This document shows, one piece after another, positions 1 to 11,482 of a DNA stretch of 64,000 bases. The DNA is from Antedon mediterranea (Eukaryota > Animalia > Echinodermata). Positions within the stretch are counted from its first letter, which is position 1; each line of letters begins with the position of its first letter. Position numbers and translations under genes: made by a program. Below the pieces are notes generated by a model. That model did not search any database and was not told the DNA's origin. It worked only from the letters and a program-made list of their open reading frames with translations. The stretch covers positions 17,608,001 through 17,672,000 of the forward strand of contig NC_092671.1 of the NCBI RefSeq assembly GCF_964355755.1. The letters run 5' to 3'.

Positions 1-1386
1 GGTTCACATTTTGCTAACATAGTTTGGCGTCAATTTCAATATCTCAACGTGATTGGATAGCAATAATTAATGTTTGGTAGAATTTTAACCCGTGTTTGGT
101 GTATTTAAAAACTAAGTATAATTGATATGTGGCATAGGCAGTTTAGAAATCACGGCGTAATTATCCCAAACATATCTTTCGTAGTCGTTCTCCATCACGT
201 TTAAATTCATGCATGCAAATTTGAGGTTTGCACTTTCCTAAAAAATACATTTCACCAAGGTAAGCTTCACTAAGGTAAGCAATAATTGGTTCACTTTGGA
301 ATGTAAGTATGGACCAACGTACTGTTTACGTATAGGTGTACAGTATATGCAAAGCAATGCAACTGTTAATACGCAACACATAAGTCATTCCTACAGAATT
401 GTCATTTAAAGTGCTTATAGTATATTTAGAGTTTATTAAACAAATTCAAGCCTCTCCCTCACAGTGGAGAAATCAATGTGCTGTCACCATGCAAGAAGCC
501 TATATAGGACGCTTCGCTTATTACCAGTTTGATAATCGGATATTATTTATCAAATTCAAATTGCTTTTAACGAATTTGTTCATAAGCTAAATATAGATTG
601 TTTCCATTGCTTCTTTAAACCAAATATTGACATAGTTGTAGTCCATGGTTTTATTTTGACATTTTTCTTGGAATATTAAATTAACTTTTGGTTTGCATAT
701 CTGTATATGTTATATTTATTATACCTTAGTTTAAGATTAGCCGATTCTTGATATCTTATCTATTAATCGGTCCAGTATCATACTCAGATACTTTAATACA
801 GTGGGACATGTTGAAACACACCTATTTCTATGCTCAAGTTTATTAAGCTTGTGATTTTTAACAAACAACATAAAGAGATAACATTTCTTTAATGGAATAC
901 CAATTTATTTTGAATAACACCTTTACATCGGTGGCACACACATAGGTGATTTACTCATACTGACACAAAACATATTATTTCACCGTCTTTCATCACATTT
1001 TGAAAATGTGAAATACTACAACTAATTAACAACATTAGTATTTATATAAAAAGCATTAAATATGGTAATGCTAAAGTTTAACGAATTTCTTGATATATCG
1101 TACTGTACCGTAGTACCTAAGTGTAGACCCGTTTTATAGTTGACTTCGAAATGAACTACGTTATAGACCTATACTACAATAGACAATATACTGAACATAA
1201 AGATACAGTGATAAGTACAGGTACACACCATCGATTGTTATGCTACAAACATCTAGTGTAACACTAAATCTGAATTATTTCCAACCATTTATATTTTTTA
1301 TTATCTTGACTGATTTTATATTTAGGTCTATTATGAACATGACAAAAACACGTATGGACCTACTGTACAATGTTTAGTTTGCGTGG

Positions 1387-2343
1387 CTACTCCTCCGAGA
1401 CGGATATAACTTGGGTTTTATTGCCATAGACATGCGAAACATAAGATTTCATTTTTGGTTTTCTACGGATAACTTCGTTCCAAATTCTTGTAACACCTTG
1501 ATTGAATTCCTTGTATTTGAATGTATATATGAAAGGGTTCCAACACAGATTAGATGTCAATAACAATACTGAAAATTGATTAAGGTATGAATTTATTTTA
1601 ACGCCACAGTTCTCAAGTAGATATAGAAATATTTTAGGCGTCCAGCAAACGAGATACGTAACAAAAATCACCAACACAATTGATACCAAACATTTATTGA
1701 GTGCGTTATTGACATTTTCTGTCGATGTGTTGGGCATCGACATCGTAGCAGATTCTGATCTTGCATGAGCTTTCAAAGTCAGATATATTTTGCTGTGAAC
1801 ATATATAAAAATAGTGGTCGGTATAATCCATTCTATGATAAATATAAACACACCGTGACCAAGTTTAAGTGTGTCGTTACCGTTCCAGTTATAAACGCAC
1901 ACTTTTTGTACTGGGTCAGACTCGGACACTATAAACGCGTGTACACTGCAAATAAAACCGGCTAAATATGTTACCGGTAACGCTACTGGTAACGCTCGTC
2001 CTTTAAACAAAATCAAGTGACGCATTGGTCGTACGATAGCATAGTACCTTTCAATACTGAGGTAAATCATGTTGGCAGTTGAAGTTACAGCCAAAATCCA
2101 GTAAACTCCTCTACATTTACAGAACGCGTCGTTATCCTGCCAGATGCCAAATAATTCCGAGAGTGGGTAAAACGGTAAGAAAAGTAAGGCGCTTAGGCAG
2201 TCTATCACAGACTGGTGAAATAGCAAAGAGTGCGTCACAGTTTTAGAAATCATCTTCATCCGTTTAAAAACATACAAAGAGCCTCCATTTGCTAGCACTG
2301 CGACAACTCCAATAACTAACGATATGTAAGAATATATTGCCAT
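1387..2343 (-). CDS. Intronless rhodopsin-like (class A) orphan GPCR, 318 aa
   Basis: Seven hydrophobic segments. Class A motifs: TM1 AN(G), TM2 HQSVIDC, TM3 start CKC and end SIERYYAIVRP, ECL2 Cys, TM5 IIP, TM6 VCWTP, TM7 NPFIY followed by helix 8 (YKEFNQG). Confidence 0.93.
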   Translation of the reverse strand: MAIYSYISLVIGVVAVLANGGSLYVFKRMKMISKTVTHSLLFHQSVIDCLSALLFLPFYPLSELFGIWQDNDAFCKCRGVYWILAVTSTANMIYLSIERYYAIVRPMRHLILFKGRALPVALPVTYLAGFICSVHAFIVSESDPVQKVCVYNWNGNDTLKLGHGVFIFIIEWIIPTTIFIYVHSKIYLTLKAHARSESATMSMPNTSTENVNNALNKCLVSIVLVIFVTYLVCWTPKIFLYLLENCGVKINSYLNQFSVLLLTSNLCWNPFIYTFKYKEFNQGVTRIWNEVIRRKPKMKSYVSHVYGNKTQVISVSEE

Positions 2344-2992
2344 TTCTATGACAGTTATGTCACCAAATCCTAGATGCTGGAAATAGGGCTAAATATATCT
2401 TCCAATAATGTAATTTATTTGAATTTATAACAATATTCTTTTCGTTTTTGTAACAATATCGGTACTTACATAAACGTATCTCTTGTATAACTTTTTTCTG
2501 AAATGAACAGTAAATGTTCCACAGCAACAAATATCTAAATGTGTCACACGTTGACACAATTCGAGACGCGCAACGTGTAAAACGTCAACACAGTCGCATG
2601 GAACACATGTAATCAGTAACACCGATATAGTTTAACGATGTTATAGAAGTCAAACTAAATATTTATTTTGTATGATCCGGACAGAATTTCGTATTGGAGT
2701 CAAATGCATGACCTAAACTTTGGTATCTGTTGGATTTCAAAATGAAGCTATACTTATGTCAATCGGCGCACGCGTGGCTGACAACCATTTAGTTCCATTG
2801 TGTTTATTCCAATCAAATGCTTATCTCAATTTCAAACGACTACTTGATATATATACCAAGTCGCAATTTTAGTATTTCAGGTCGATCTTATTTCCATTTC
2901 ATCAAATATTCACGTGGTAAAACAGACGACACCTGTATTTAAACAAAATAAATTCCTAATTAACAATAAATACTGTAAAACAAAACTAATAC

Positions 2993-3290
2993 TGATATAA
3001 AGTTTGCGGTACACCACGTATATTAGTTCTGAAAATACGTTTCGATCAATATGCTTTGATCGTCCTCAGGAGTGAGAATGCAGAAAGTCCAGGAAACTTG
3101 GAATATAAGTGGAAATGGGTAGGACTGCCAGAAACAATGGCAAGTTAACACAGTGGGAGGGATTGAAACTAGCTGTAGAAGAGAATTGTTTCTGATAGGT
3201 GTGAAAAGCAAGGTAAGACACGCTAAAAACAATAGCATTGTCTCAAAGTTGGGACATAACAAGTGTCCATTTGTGTGCCACTGATCAGCA
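2993..3290 (-). mobile_element. Penelope-like terminal fragment, family 2, with hammerhead core (about 3036-3075)
   Basis: Minus strand reads CUC-CUGAGGA-CGAUCAA(AGCAUA)UUGAUC-GAAACGUA. The segment 2993-3075 recurs at 11570-11777. The boundary near 3290 is approximate. Confidence 0.6.
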
Positions 3291-3316
3291 CGCTGTTAGA
3301 TTTTTAACAGTAGGCC

Positions 3317-3480
3317 TAATATATTGATTAAACTGTAATGATATTTTAATTTTGTTTGAAATCAAATCGATTTAGAAATTTGAAACTCACCACTCTACAG
3401 TAGAGTGGTGAGTTTCAAATTTCTAAATCGATTTGATTTCAAACAAAAATAAATATCACTACAGTTTAATCAATATATTA
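3317..3480. repeat. Near-perfect 164-bp palindrome
   Basis: Arms of about 82 bp centred on A3399 (..CACTCTAC A GTAGAGTG..), with few mismatches, all in the distal part. Confidence 0.92.
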
Positions 3481-4311
3481 TTAGCAATACCATGCAACTA
3501 TTATAGTTGCATATTTAAGGGTGATGTTGCACATTGCTGAACAATAATATACACGCGAAGCGACACGCGCGAAGCGTCAACTCGAACCGGGACTGGTGTT
3601 GTCAGGCGACACTTTCTTCGCAATGGGCTTTTTAAAGCTTCGCGCGACTCGAAAAAAGCTGCATTTTCAAAATACTACTATTGCTAATATCTATATCGGA
3701 CTACTTTCTGTCGACGTGATTTATCGACCAAAATATGGTCCAATTGATATCTCTTTTCTTTCAGTCAGATTTAATCAGTTGGTTGGAAGGCCTTATTATG
3801 AATCCAAGGTGATTTCATAACGTAGATGGTAAAAGCTCGAACGTAATCTACTCACTTATAATCTGAATGTCGTTTTACTTGAAAACTAAAGAATTTACCG
3901 ACGAAGGGGCTTAAGCAAAAGATGGAGTTCGTTATATTTATTAATTATTAAATAGAGTTTCAAAACCTTCTTTACAAAATTATTTGAACGGTTTGGTAAT
4001 GGATTACAGTGGTACGGTAATTGTGATAAAGTGATATCATCTTATCGATATTAGCATGTTGTATAACTTCAGTTTTCAATCGAAGGTTAGCCTCAGTTAT
4101 ATAAATCGAATCGGTCGCAAATAATAAGAGGCTTTTAATTCATAAAAACACGTCGCAATACTTATAAATCTCTGACTATCAAACTGTAAATAATGGCGTC
4201 ATATAAATACCATATTTGGGCACATCACACTTTGTTTGGTCAAACTAGTTTTATATTTTAACGGAATAACAGAAAAAAATTAAAATGACAAAATAAGTTC
4301 TAATTCAAATA

Positions 4312-5593
4312 TTGTATATTGCTAAAATACGCCGAGTTTATTGTTTTTTTTTTAATTGAAGCGAACCAATAGAATTTCACTAGAACTGAGAAGGCCGCCA
4401 CGGTTTTTAAATCGACAAATCGTGTGCAATAAATATTGATCTTGAAATTGATGAATATATAATTTCATTTGTAAAGGTATGCCTATTGGAATAATGTTTA
4501 TTCGCCATGCAAACAGTATTATTCTTTGTTTTTGTTATGTAATTGAAAATTTTAAACAGAACATCGCCGTTTGCGAGCCTATCAACGTTTTTTTGTGTTA
4601 AGCGTGGTTCCCACTAGCACGTAGCGCAGCATCGCTAGTGGGAACCAAGTTTTATTGGCTACTAACGTTTTCAGTGTTAAGCGTGGTTCTCACTAGAACG
4701 TAACGTAGCGTCGCTAGTGGGAACCAAGCTTTATTGGCTATTAACGTTTTTTGTGTTAAGCGTGGTTCTCACTAGCACATAACGCAGCGTCGCTAGTGGG
4801 AACCAAGCTTTATTAGCTACTAACGTTTTCCGTGTTAAGCCTGGTTCTCACTAGCACGTAACGACGCAGCGTCGCTAGTGGGAACCAAGCTTTATTGGCT
4901 AATACCAATGCCGTAACTATAGAGTTTTTGCAATCGGTGTTTGATCAACTATTTACTGAGTAGTATAGTAAGAATATTATAACGAATATAATAATCTTTA
5001 GTGTCAGTAACAGAATAGAAAAATGGTAATTGCGTAAGTATTGTTCCAATGTATTCGTATTCTATTTTTAGTAGATGCCAATCTGAGTAATTAGTATACA
5101 CCGAAAAAAGGGATATTGATGTTAAACTTTAACCATGTAGGCCTATATTGCTAAAATACGCCGAGTGTATTGTGTTTTTTTTTTATCGAAGCGAACCAAT
5201 AGAATTTCACTAGAACTGAGAAGGCCGCCATGGTCTTTAAATCGACAAATCGTGTGGAATTGATTTATCTTGAAATTCATGAACATAATACATATATAAT
5301 TTCATTTATAAAGTAAATTAATGTACAGGGAATAATGTTTATTCGCTATGCAAACAATATTATTCTTTTGTTCGTGTTTATATAATTAATTGCAAACAAA
5401 TTTAAACAGCAAACGTCCTTTTCAAGCCTATTATCTGAATTAAAAGGATTGTGGTATTGGCTAATGCCAAAAGCTATAGTTTTTGCAATCGATGTTTGAT
5501 CAACTATTTAATTTACTGAGTAGTATAGCAAGAACATTATAACGAATTTAATAATCACTATTGTCAACAACAGAATAATTGAAAAATGGTAAT
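4312..5593. repeat. Local direct duplication (about 4312-5030 and 5136-5593)
   Basis: Shared blocks TATATTGCTAAAATACGCCGAG, GAAGCGAACCAATAGAATTTCACTAGAACTGAGAAGGCCGCCA, TTTGCAATCG.TGTTTGATCAACTATTTA, GAAAAATGGTAAT. Confidence 0.88.
4583..4900. repeat. Four 79-bp tandem units, each holding a miniature AGCTTGGTTCCCACTAG MITE hairpin
   Basis: TTAAGC at 4598, 4677, 4756 and 4835; each unit reads AGCGTGGTTCYCACTAG...CTAGTGGGAACCAAGCT. Confidence 0.9.
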
Positions 5594-5740
5594 ATATATA
5601 ATAAATTCCTTCTCAAACTTAATTGACACCTTTTCTTAGTTTTTAATCTTTCTCAGTTTACTTAATTTGTTTGTAATTTGTCTTATGTCTAAATTGTTTT
5701 GTTGTTGTATATATATAAGTGTGTGTATGTGTATGTGTAT

Positions 5741-5900
5741 ATAAATCCAAAGGCAAATTACTAAAAAAATGACAATGCTGTGGCTGGATCTCAATGGAGA
5801 TACAAAAAAAAAAGCGAAAAGCTAAATCAAAACGATAAAGTAAAACAGCCAGAAAAGTTAGCAGAGCTTTCGGGCAACACTAGCCCTTCATCAGTACAAG
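5741..5900 (-). mobile_element. Penelope-like retroelement terminal fragment carrying the hammerhead
   Basis: Hammerhead followed on the minus strand by a T-rich tail. A diverged sister copy of the tail (ATCCAAAGGCAAATTACT...AAAACGATAAAG) lies at about 58879-59004. PLE assignment rests on the known HHR-PLE association. Confidence 0.55.
5861..5897 (-). ncRNA. Minimal type I hammerhead ribozyme
   Basis: Minus strand reads GUA-CUGAUGA-A-GGGC(UAGUGUU)GCCC-GAAA-GC-UC-UGC. Both core boxes are intact, with a 4-bp stem II, palindromic AGCU in place of stem III, and 3-bp stem I (GUA/UGC). Confidence 0.75.
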
Positions 5901-6956
5901 TGTATTATTCACTGTAAACTTGTTGCACATCTCATTGAGACTGTGCCTCTGATACAATAACAGTTCAGTTCTGCAAATATTAGATAATCAAAGCTTTCCA
6001 GCATCTAAAGGAAGACACAGAACATAATGTCACTAAATAAATTAGTAGGCCTATAAAATAGCATGTTTTTAAACATCTATTTTCATTCATTCATTTTCAT
6101 TCTTCAATTTAACGATATTATTTGTACGATGGTGGGATAATTAATCATGTAAAATAATTATGATGTATAACTTGAAAATATTAATGTTTGCAATGGGGGA
6201 AGTCTAACATAAATAAATATCGAGAATAAATTTCACAACATGCAATTCATGCAATTTATAAATAAATTTATAAAGAATTTTAAGTTTCAGAAACAAAAAC
6301 CAGACCATTGAATCGAAACAAATACATTCATGTATGTATCATTGTGCCTTCAATTTAGTTGAGATGGAATACGTGATAATGTATAGACTTGCAGTTGCCT
6401 TTTTGAAATTCGGCGGAACTTCAATGAAATAAAGCTGTACTATACAATTTTTCACATTGGCCTTGCTTGACCGCAAACGTCATGGCAAAGCATACGGTAC
6501 CTTTGTAGGAAATTTGTTATTATTTCTTTTTATTTACTGTAGGCCCTACACTTGTTGCACATCTCACCGAGACTGTGCCTCTGATATAAAAGTGTAAGCA
6601 TTGATTAGACGTTCGGACGTACGTAGAACATAAGGGAAAGGTCCATGAAACCAGAAACCAACAACTGAAATCATGATGTGACGTCATCAATTCCTATTTC
6701 ACATGACGCAAAATAAAAATATCCGTATTGCTTATTCGCCGAATGATAATTTACAACCAAATTAACAACATGTTAGCAATCCAAGTCTCTATCACTGTCG
6801 AATCATTTAGTCGTCACAAAACCAGAAACTTCATGTTTGTCCTTAGTATCTATCATAGATGTATATGCCTCACAATTATAATGTATATGTATGTACATTT
6901 GTTTACACAAGACGTATATTTTGGACTAGGCCTAATATGTTATCTATATGTTTTAG

Positions 6957-7100
6957 CCCACCGTGGTTAGTAAGGTTTTGCTGGGAACTCAATCTGGAAC
7001 AAATATTCAAATCAATGCTCCACCAGTAATCCAGACCTTTGAATGTGGAGGTGGGAGAGGCGGAGCAGATGGACCTACTAAAATGGAAAATGACTTCTAA
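6957..7100 (+). CDS. Candidate terminal coding exon of an unidentified plus-strand gene (PTVVSKVLLGTQ...TKMENDF*)
   Basis: CTAAT branch-like site at 6932, TTTTAG acceptor ending at 6956, 47 open codons of elevated GC to TAA, AATAAA near 7338. No upstream partner exon identified. Confidence 0.4.
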   Translation, partial: PTVVSKVLLGTQSGTNIQINAPPVIQTFECGGGRGGADGPTKMENDF

Positions 7101-7882
7101 AGAACTCGTACACATTCTTCTAATAATGGTCCGTCTTTTCACAAATTGAATGAAATAACAGTTTACAAAAGATAGATATACTCACTCTACTTCAATTAAG
7201 TTCAAACAAAGAACATCTAAGTCAATAATTAATAGCTTTACTCGCGGCGTCTTCCTACCTAAATGTATGTCTAGGTCACACTATTCGACTTAATATTAGT
7301 CAAAAACATTTTGGCACATATGGCGTTTCATATGTATAATAAATATTAAGACAAAAACTAGCACCAGAGGCTTTGGTGCAAGTCTATGGCCACACTAACT
7401 ATACTGTATAAAATATACTCACATTGGACATTGTAGTACTGTAGCGCTATGAAAACCCGTATAACGATTGAAACAAAAGTAAACAATCGTTCACTAAATA
7501 GCATCGTCTGTGTTCTACTAGACGACTGTAGCCTATATTATAACTAGAGGAGTGATGTTCCTGGTATCATAAACGTCAACGTATTACAGTACTTTGATTG
7601 GATGTTTGTTAAACCGAATCGACTGATACACATAATTACAGTCAAATATATTCAACTATTAGCATTAATATTGTTATCAATCAATTTATACTGCTTGACA
7701 AATTTATTAAGCAATCAATCATTATGCTGAATGAATATGAAGAAATATTGAAGTATTTCACTTTAGTTAAAAAATGTACAACGAAGTGTTTTGCATGTTT
7801 AGTCGTGGATCAAACACTTATGGAAACATATACTCCCACAATGCAGCTAGTAATCAGCGCAAAGTTGTGTCTTGATCAAACC

Positions 7883-8010
7883 GGGTTTCCATTTGTACAC
7901 CTGGGTGGAGAGAGGCAAACGTAAGTAAAGCATCTTGCCTAAGGATACAAGCAATGCGGCGAGAGTTGGATTCGAACTTCGATCTCACGATCAGTAGTCG
8001 AACGTCTAAC
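7883..8010 (-). mobile_element. tRNA-derived SINE fragment
   Basis: Minus strand has a B box GTTCGAATCC followed by TCCTTAGGCAAG and CTCTCTCCACCCAGGTGTACAAATGG, typical SINE body motifs. Confidence 0.65.
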
Positions 8011-8644
8011 AACACATTGAATGTTTTGACTTTAATTTTTATATTTATATGTCGTTAATATTTTTTTTGATATTCTGTTTTAAAACCAGCAACCAATTTT
8101 GGTTTGAAACCCGTTACTGAAAACACAATAAAGATAACTTGAAATTGAACTTATACCTCATTTACTTGACTTGGGCTAGGTGTTTTCGTAGTATTTCTGT
8201 TTGTAAACATTGGACGTCATACGATATGATCACTTAATTATGGATAGATAATTATTAATATCTAAATGCAATGTTTTGATAATGCCGATAAACCACAGCA
8301 ACAATAGATGGATTCATGAAAAATGTTTCAGGGAAGAGTGAAATTACATAATTTAACTCTTCCATGTTTATATAGCGGCCAATGGTTCAGAAAAACATGT
8401 TTATCTGACATGAGGAAAAATCAGATGGTGAAATATCGGTATGAAATCAAATCAATTAATGATTTAAAAAATGGATGACAATGTACGGGAATAATGTCTT
8501 ATATTATATGACTTGCTATCACAGTTATTACTCAGAAATAAATATTTTATTCGAATGTTCTTACTATAAAATTTTCTCCTTATCATTACATTTTCATTTG
8601 AATATAGGCCTACTATTTAAATAATATTAAGTACATTCAACTAA

Positions 8645-8835
8645 AGGCCAATTTACACACACCAGCGGCAACGGTAAGCGGAAAAGCGCGTCTCTTTCCC
8701 ACGTATAATCTATATATCTATCTTGACAGGGTTCCGTTCACACGCCCGTCCGCTCTGAATTTAAATGGTCCATAAAAAATGGATTCTATCTATTTTTCGT
8801 TTACCGTTTACCGCATACCGTTACCGTCTCTGTGC
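8645..8835. mobile_element. Degenerate Harbinger-like MITE
   Basis: Starts TAA-AGGCCAATTTACACA; sub-terminal inverted motifs CGGTAAGCGG / CCGCATACCG; right end eroded. Confidence 0.35.
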
Positions 8836-9090
8836 TTGTTTTGTTTTTGTAGCAGATCGCAACTTCTGTTCCTACTCTATTTAATGAAAGAAAACATTAT
8901 CGATTTCAAGCTGGTAAACTAAAATATCTTTAGGCCTACACAGTCACGTAATACGCCCACATAATGCGTGTAAAATAAACATAATCGCAACATTAATGTA
9001 ATTAATAAGTATAAAGTAAATACATTTGAAAGGATTAATGTTCCGAAGATATCACTTGAAGTTGCAGCATGTTGTCTTTCGCCAAACTAA

Positions 9091-9247
9091 AACTTGGTTC
9101 TCTCCAGGACACAACGCAAGGACGTAAGCGTAACACAAGTGTTTTGACCAATCAAAAGCGATGATGGATTAATCGAACTGTCGCTCATTGGTCAACTCGA
9201 TTGCGTTGCGTCTACGTTACGCTGCGTTCCTAGTAGAAACCAAGCTT
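9091..9247. mobile_element. AGCTTGGTTCCCACTAG-family MITE (PIF/Harbinger-like)
   Basis: Inverted termini CTTGGTTC.../...GAAACCAAGCTT with internal ACGCAA/TTGCGT repeats. Confidence 0.75.
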
Positions 9248-10054
9248 GACCAGTGATAGCAAATGTGACGGATAACAAGCATTGTTTAGATATGACTATA
9301 ATAGATACATAATTTGATATCAGAATTTAGTTTAGACAGTCGGTCTAATCACATAGTTCTGTAGTTGTCACTAAATAGAGTCTAACAGACTATTGCAAGT
9401 CATCTAGAAAAGAGACTAGATGTATTAAGTACTTTTAATACACGATCTTTCACATCTCTTAGTCTTCTTCAGTTTAAGTAACTGACAATAATAAGCAGAC
9501 ATCGCGGACATTTTCATTTTCACATTATGATCTTTTTAAAATGTAGGCCAATGATTCAATCAATATAATAATATATATAATAGAGATATTATTATTATTA
9601 TTATTTATTATAATATCTGTATTAGAGAAATTACTTTGCATGCTTGTCTCAATGGGGGACTAACAACACACCTTTTCCTACCTCGGTTCTCATAAATTGT
9701 TTAGCAATCAGCTATTTGGTCTTAGTTGCATATTTTTGTTAGCTTGGATGTTGTTGTTATTTAAGAATTTGTTGTTATATAGTTGTCGGTAAATATTTTA
9801 TAATGAATCTTCTTGGTCATATATTTCTGCTGTTACCAACTTCTTTATGGCTCACATAATAGTAGTACTTAGCTTGCAAACGAGCACTTACACTTTAAGT
9901 GTATTCTGTTCCTTATGTATATTTAACCTTTAATAATTACCTCATTTAAATACCAAAACTGAAAGCTTTTGTAATATAGTTTGACATATTTAATTAATGC
10001 TACTTAAAATATAGATATTTAACTTAGTAAATGTTTATGTAAAATTAAAATCAA

Positions 10055-10640
10055 CAGTACGTGAGTGAGACGATTTTTCGGACAACTTGTTCTCGTGAAT
10101 AAATCTTCTAAAAATAACCACCCTTAATCAGTCCACACGCATGCTTATTAAAGAAATGTGCGAAACAGCAGACAACGCGTCAACAACGAAGATTTAAATC
10201 AAAATGGAAGCCATGAGTGAACTTTAAAAAACTGTATTTAGATTTATTGACCCTCAAAACATATTATACCTCCAAAATCACTTCCATACATGATGTAGAA
10301 GCTGAGGTATGAGGACAAATCGATAACTTTTATACCAGCCATTTAGTAGCCATTGGGTGAACGTCAAATTAAAGCTGTATTTGGATTCCTTGACCGTCAA
10401 AACCAACATTTTGCCACCAAAACAATGTCTGTACATGCTGTAGAAGAGGAGATGTGAGCAAAAACCTGTATTTTATGGCGGCCATTTTGAAAATCCAAAA
10501 TGGCGGCTTTCCCCAGGCCAGATGTAGCTGGTGGATATATAGACACAAATCAGTTGAGAAACACTTTCTATTTTTCCCAAAAAAAGTGGAAAATGTGGAT
10601 ACTAATTAAGTATTTTTATACCAAACTCTCTCAAACTAGA
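10055..10640. mobile_element. Unclassified interspersed-repeat fragment
   Basis: Two internal related blocks (CTGTATTT.GATT..TTGACC.TCAAAAC) and GGCGGCCATTTTG...CAAAATGGCGGC motifs typical of non-autonomous DNA elements; termini not resolved. Confidence 0.4.
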
Positions 10641-11294
10641 TCTAACGTGAGTGTCGTCTCTTTTTATTTCCCAACTCTAGTTTTCATTTTCAATTTGCTA
10701 CAGATAAAAAAATAAACTGAATGGGCCAATAAGGTGAAATAATGGTGATCATTAAAACCGCGAAAACGTTTTTTATTCATTTTTGTAAATGAAACAGGAA
10801 GTTTGTTTAAAACGATATTTTGGTCATGGTTTTTTTTACATAGTTATTCCAATAATAAAACCAATGTTTGTTCGGATCGCTTCCTATAATAATAATTTCT
10901 CTTCATTCATCTCATAGACAAACAAAAACACAAATCAAACAAGTAAAACACATTTTTATAGATGAAAGGAACCTCCTTATATTCAACAGACTGAAATGTA
11001 AAATATTAATTTAGAAAATGTAAAAATCTGCATTTGGATATTAATGTCAAATGATAACACTTGATCACATGCATTAAGAGAAATAGACCATTTTGCTGTG
11101 GGCGTTTGGGTATATGATGCATCGATTTGTCATTGCAAAACATAATTATAGCAATGTATCATCTTCAGAAGCGCAAATCCCGAATAAAATGATACAATAA
11201 ATAGTCTACCTAAATACAAAACGATACTGACTTTAATACATCTTTAAAAAGTATCAAACAAAAGTTAACATGAATAATGAAGCGTTATCATTTA

Positions 11295-11467
11295 AGCTTG
11301 GTTCCCACTAGAACGTAACGCAAGGACGTAAACGCAACGCAAGCGTTTTAACCAATGACAAGCGAAGTTATAGACAGTCACAAAAATAATAAGCCATCGC
11401 TTGTGATTGGTCAATTCACTTGCGTTGCGTTACATCCCTGTGTTGCGTCGCTAGTGGGAACCACGCT
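11295..11467. mobile_element. AGCTTGGTTCCCACTAG-family MITE, full length
   Basis: TIR AGCTTGGTTCCCACTAG / CTAGTGGGAACCACGCT with TTA on both sides; a 3-bp TWA TSD is characteristic of PIF/Harbinger. Confidence 0.88.
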
Positions 11468-11482
11468 TTATAAACCTACTTA

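Noticed and set aside
399-590. ORF or exon after the acceptor-like CCCTCACAG at 464
   Set aside because: Frame ambiguous, no homology recognised, no partner exon.
3515-3914. TTAA-bounded CpG-rich segment as a Kolobok/piggyBac element
   Set aside because: Ends inside the TTAA sites are not inverted repeats; probably repeat-derived but unclassifiable.
4583-4900. CRISPR-like array of palindromic repeats
   Set aside because: Intervening sequences are near-identical rather than unique spacers, the repeats are MITE termini, no cas genes, eukaryotic context.
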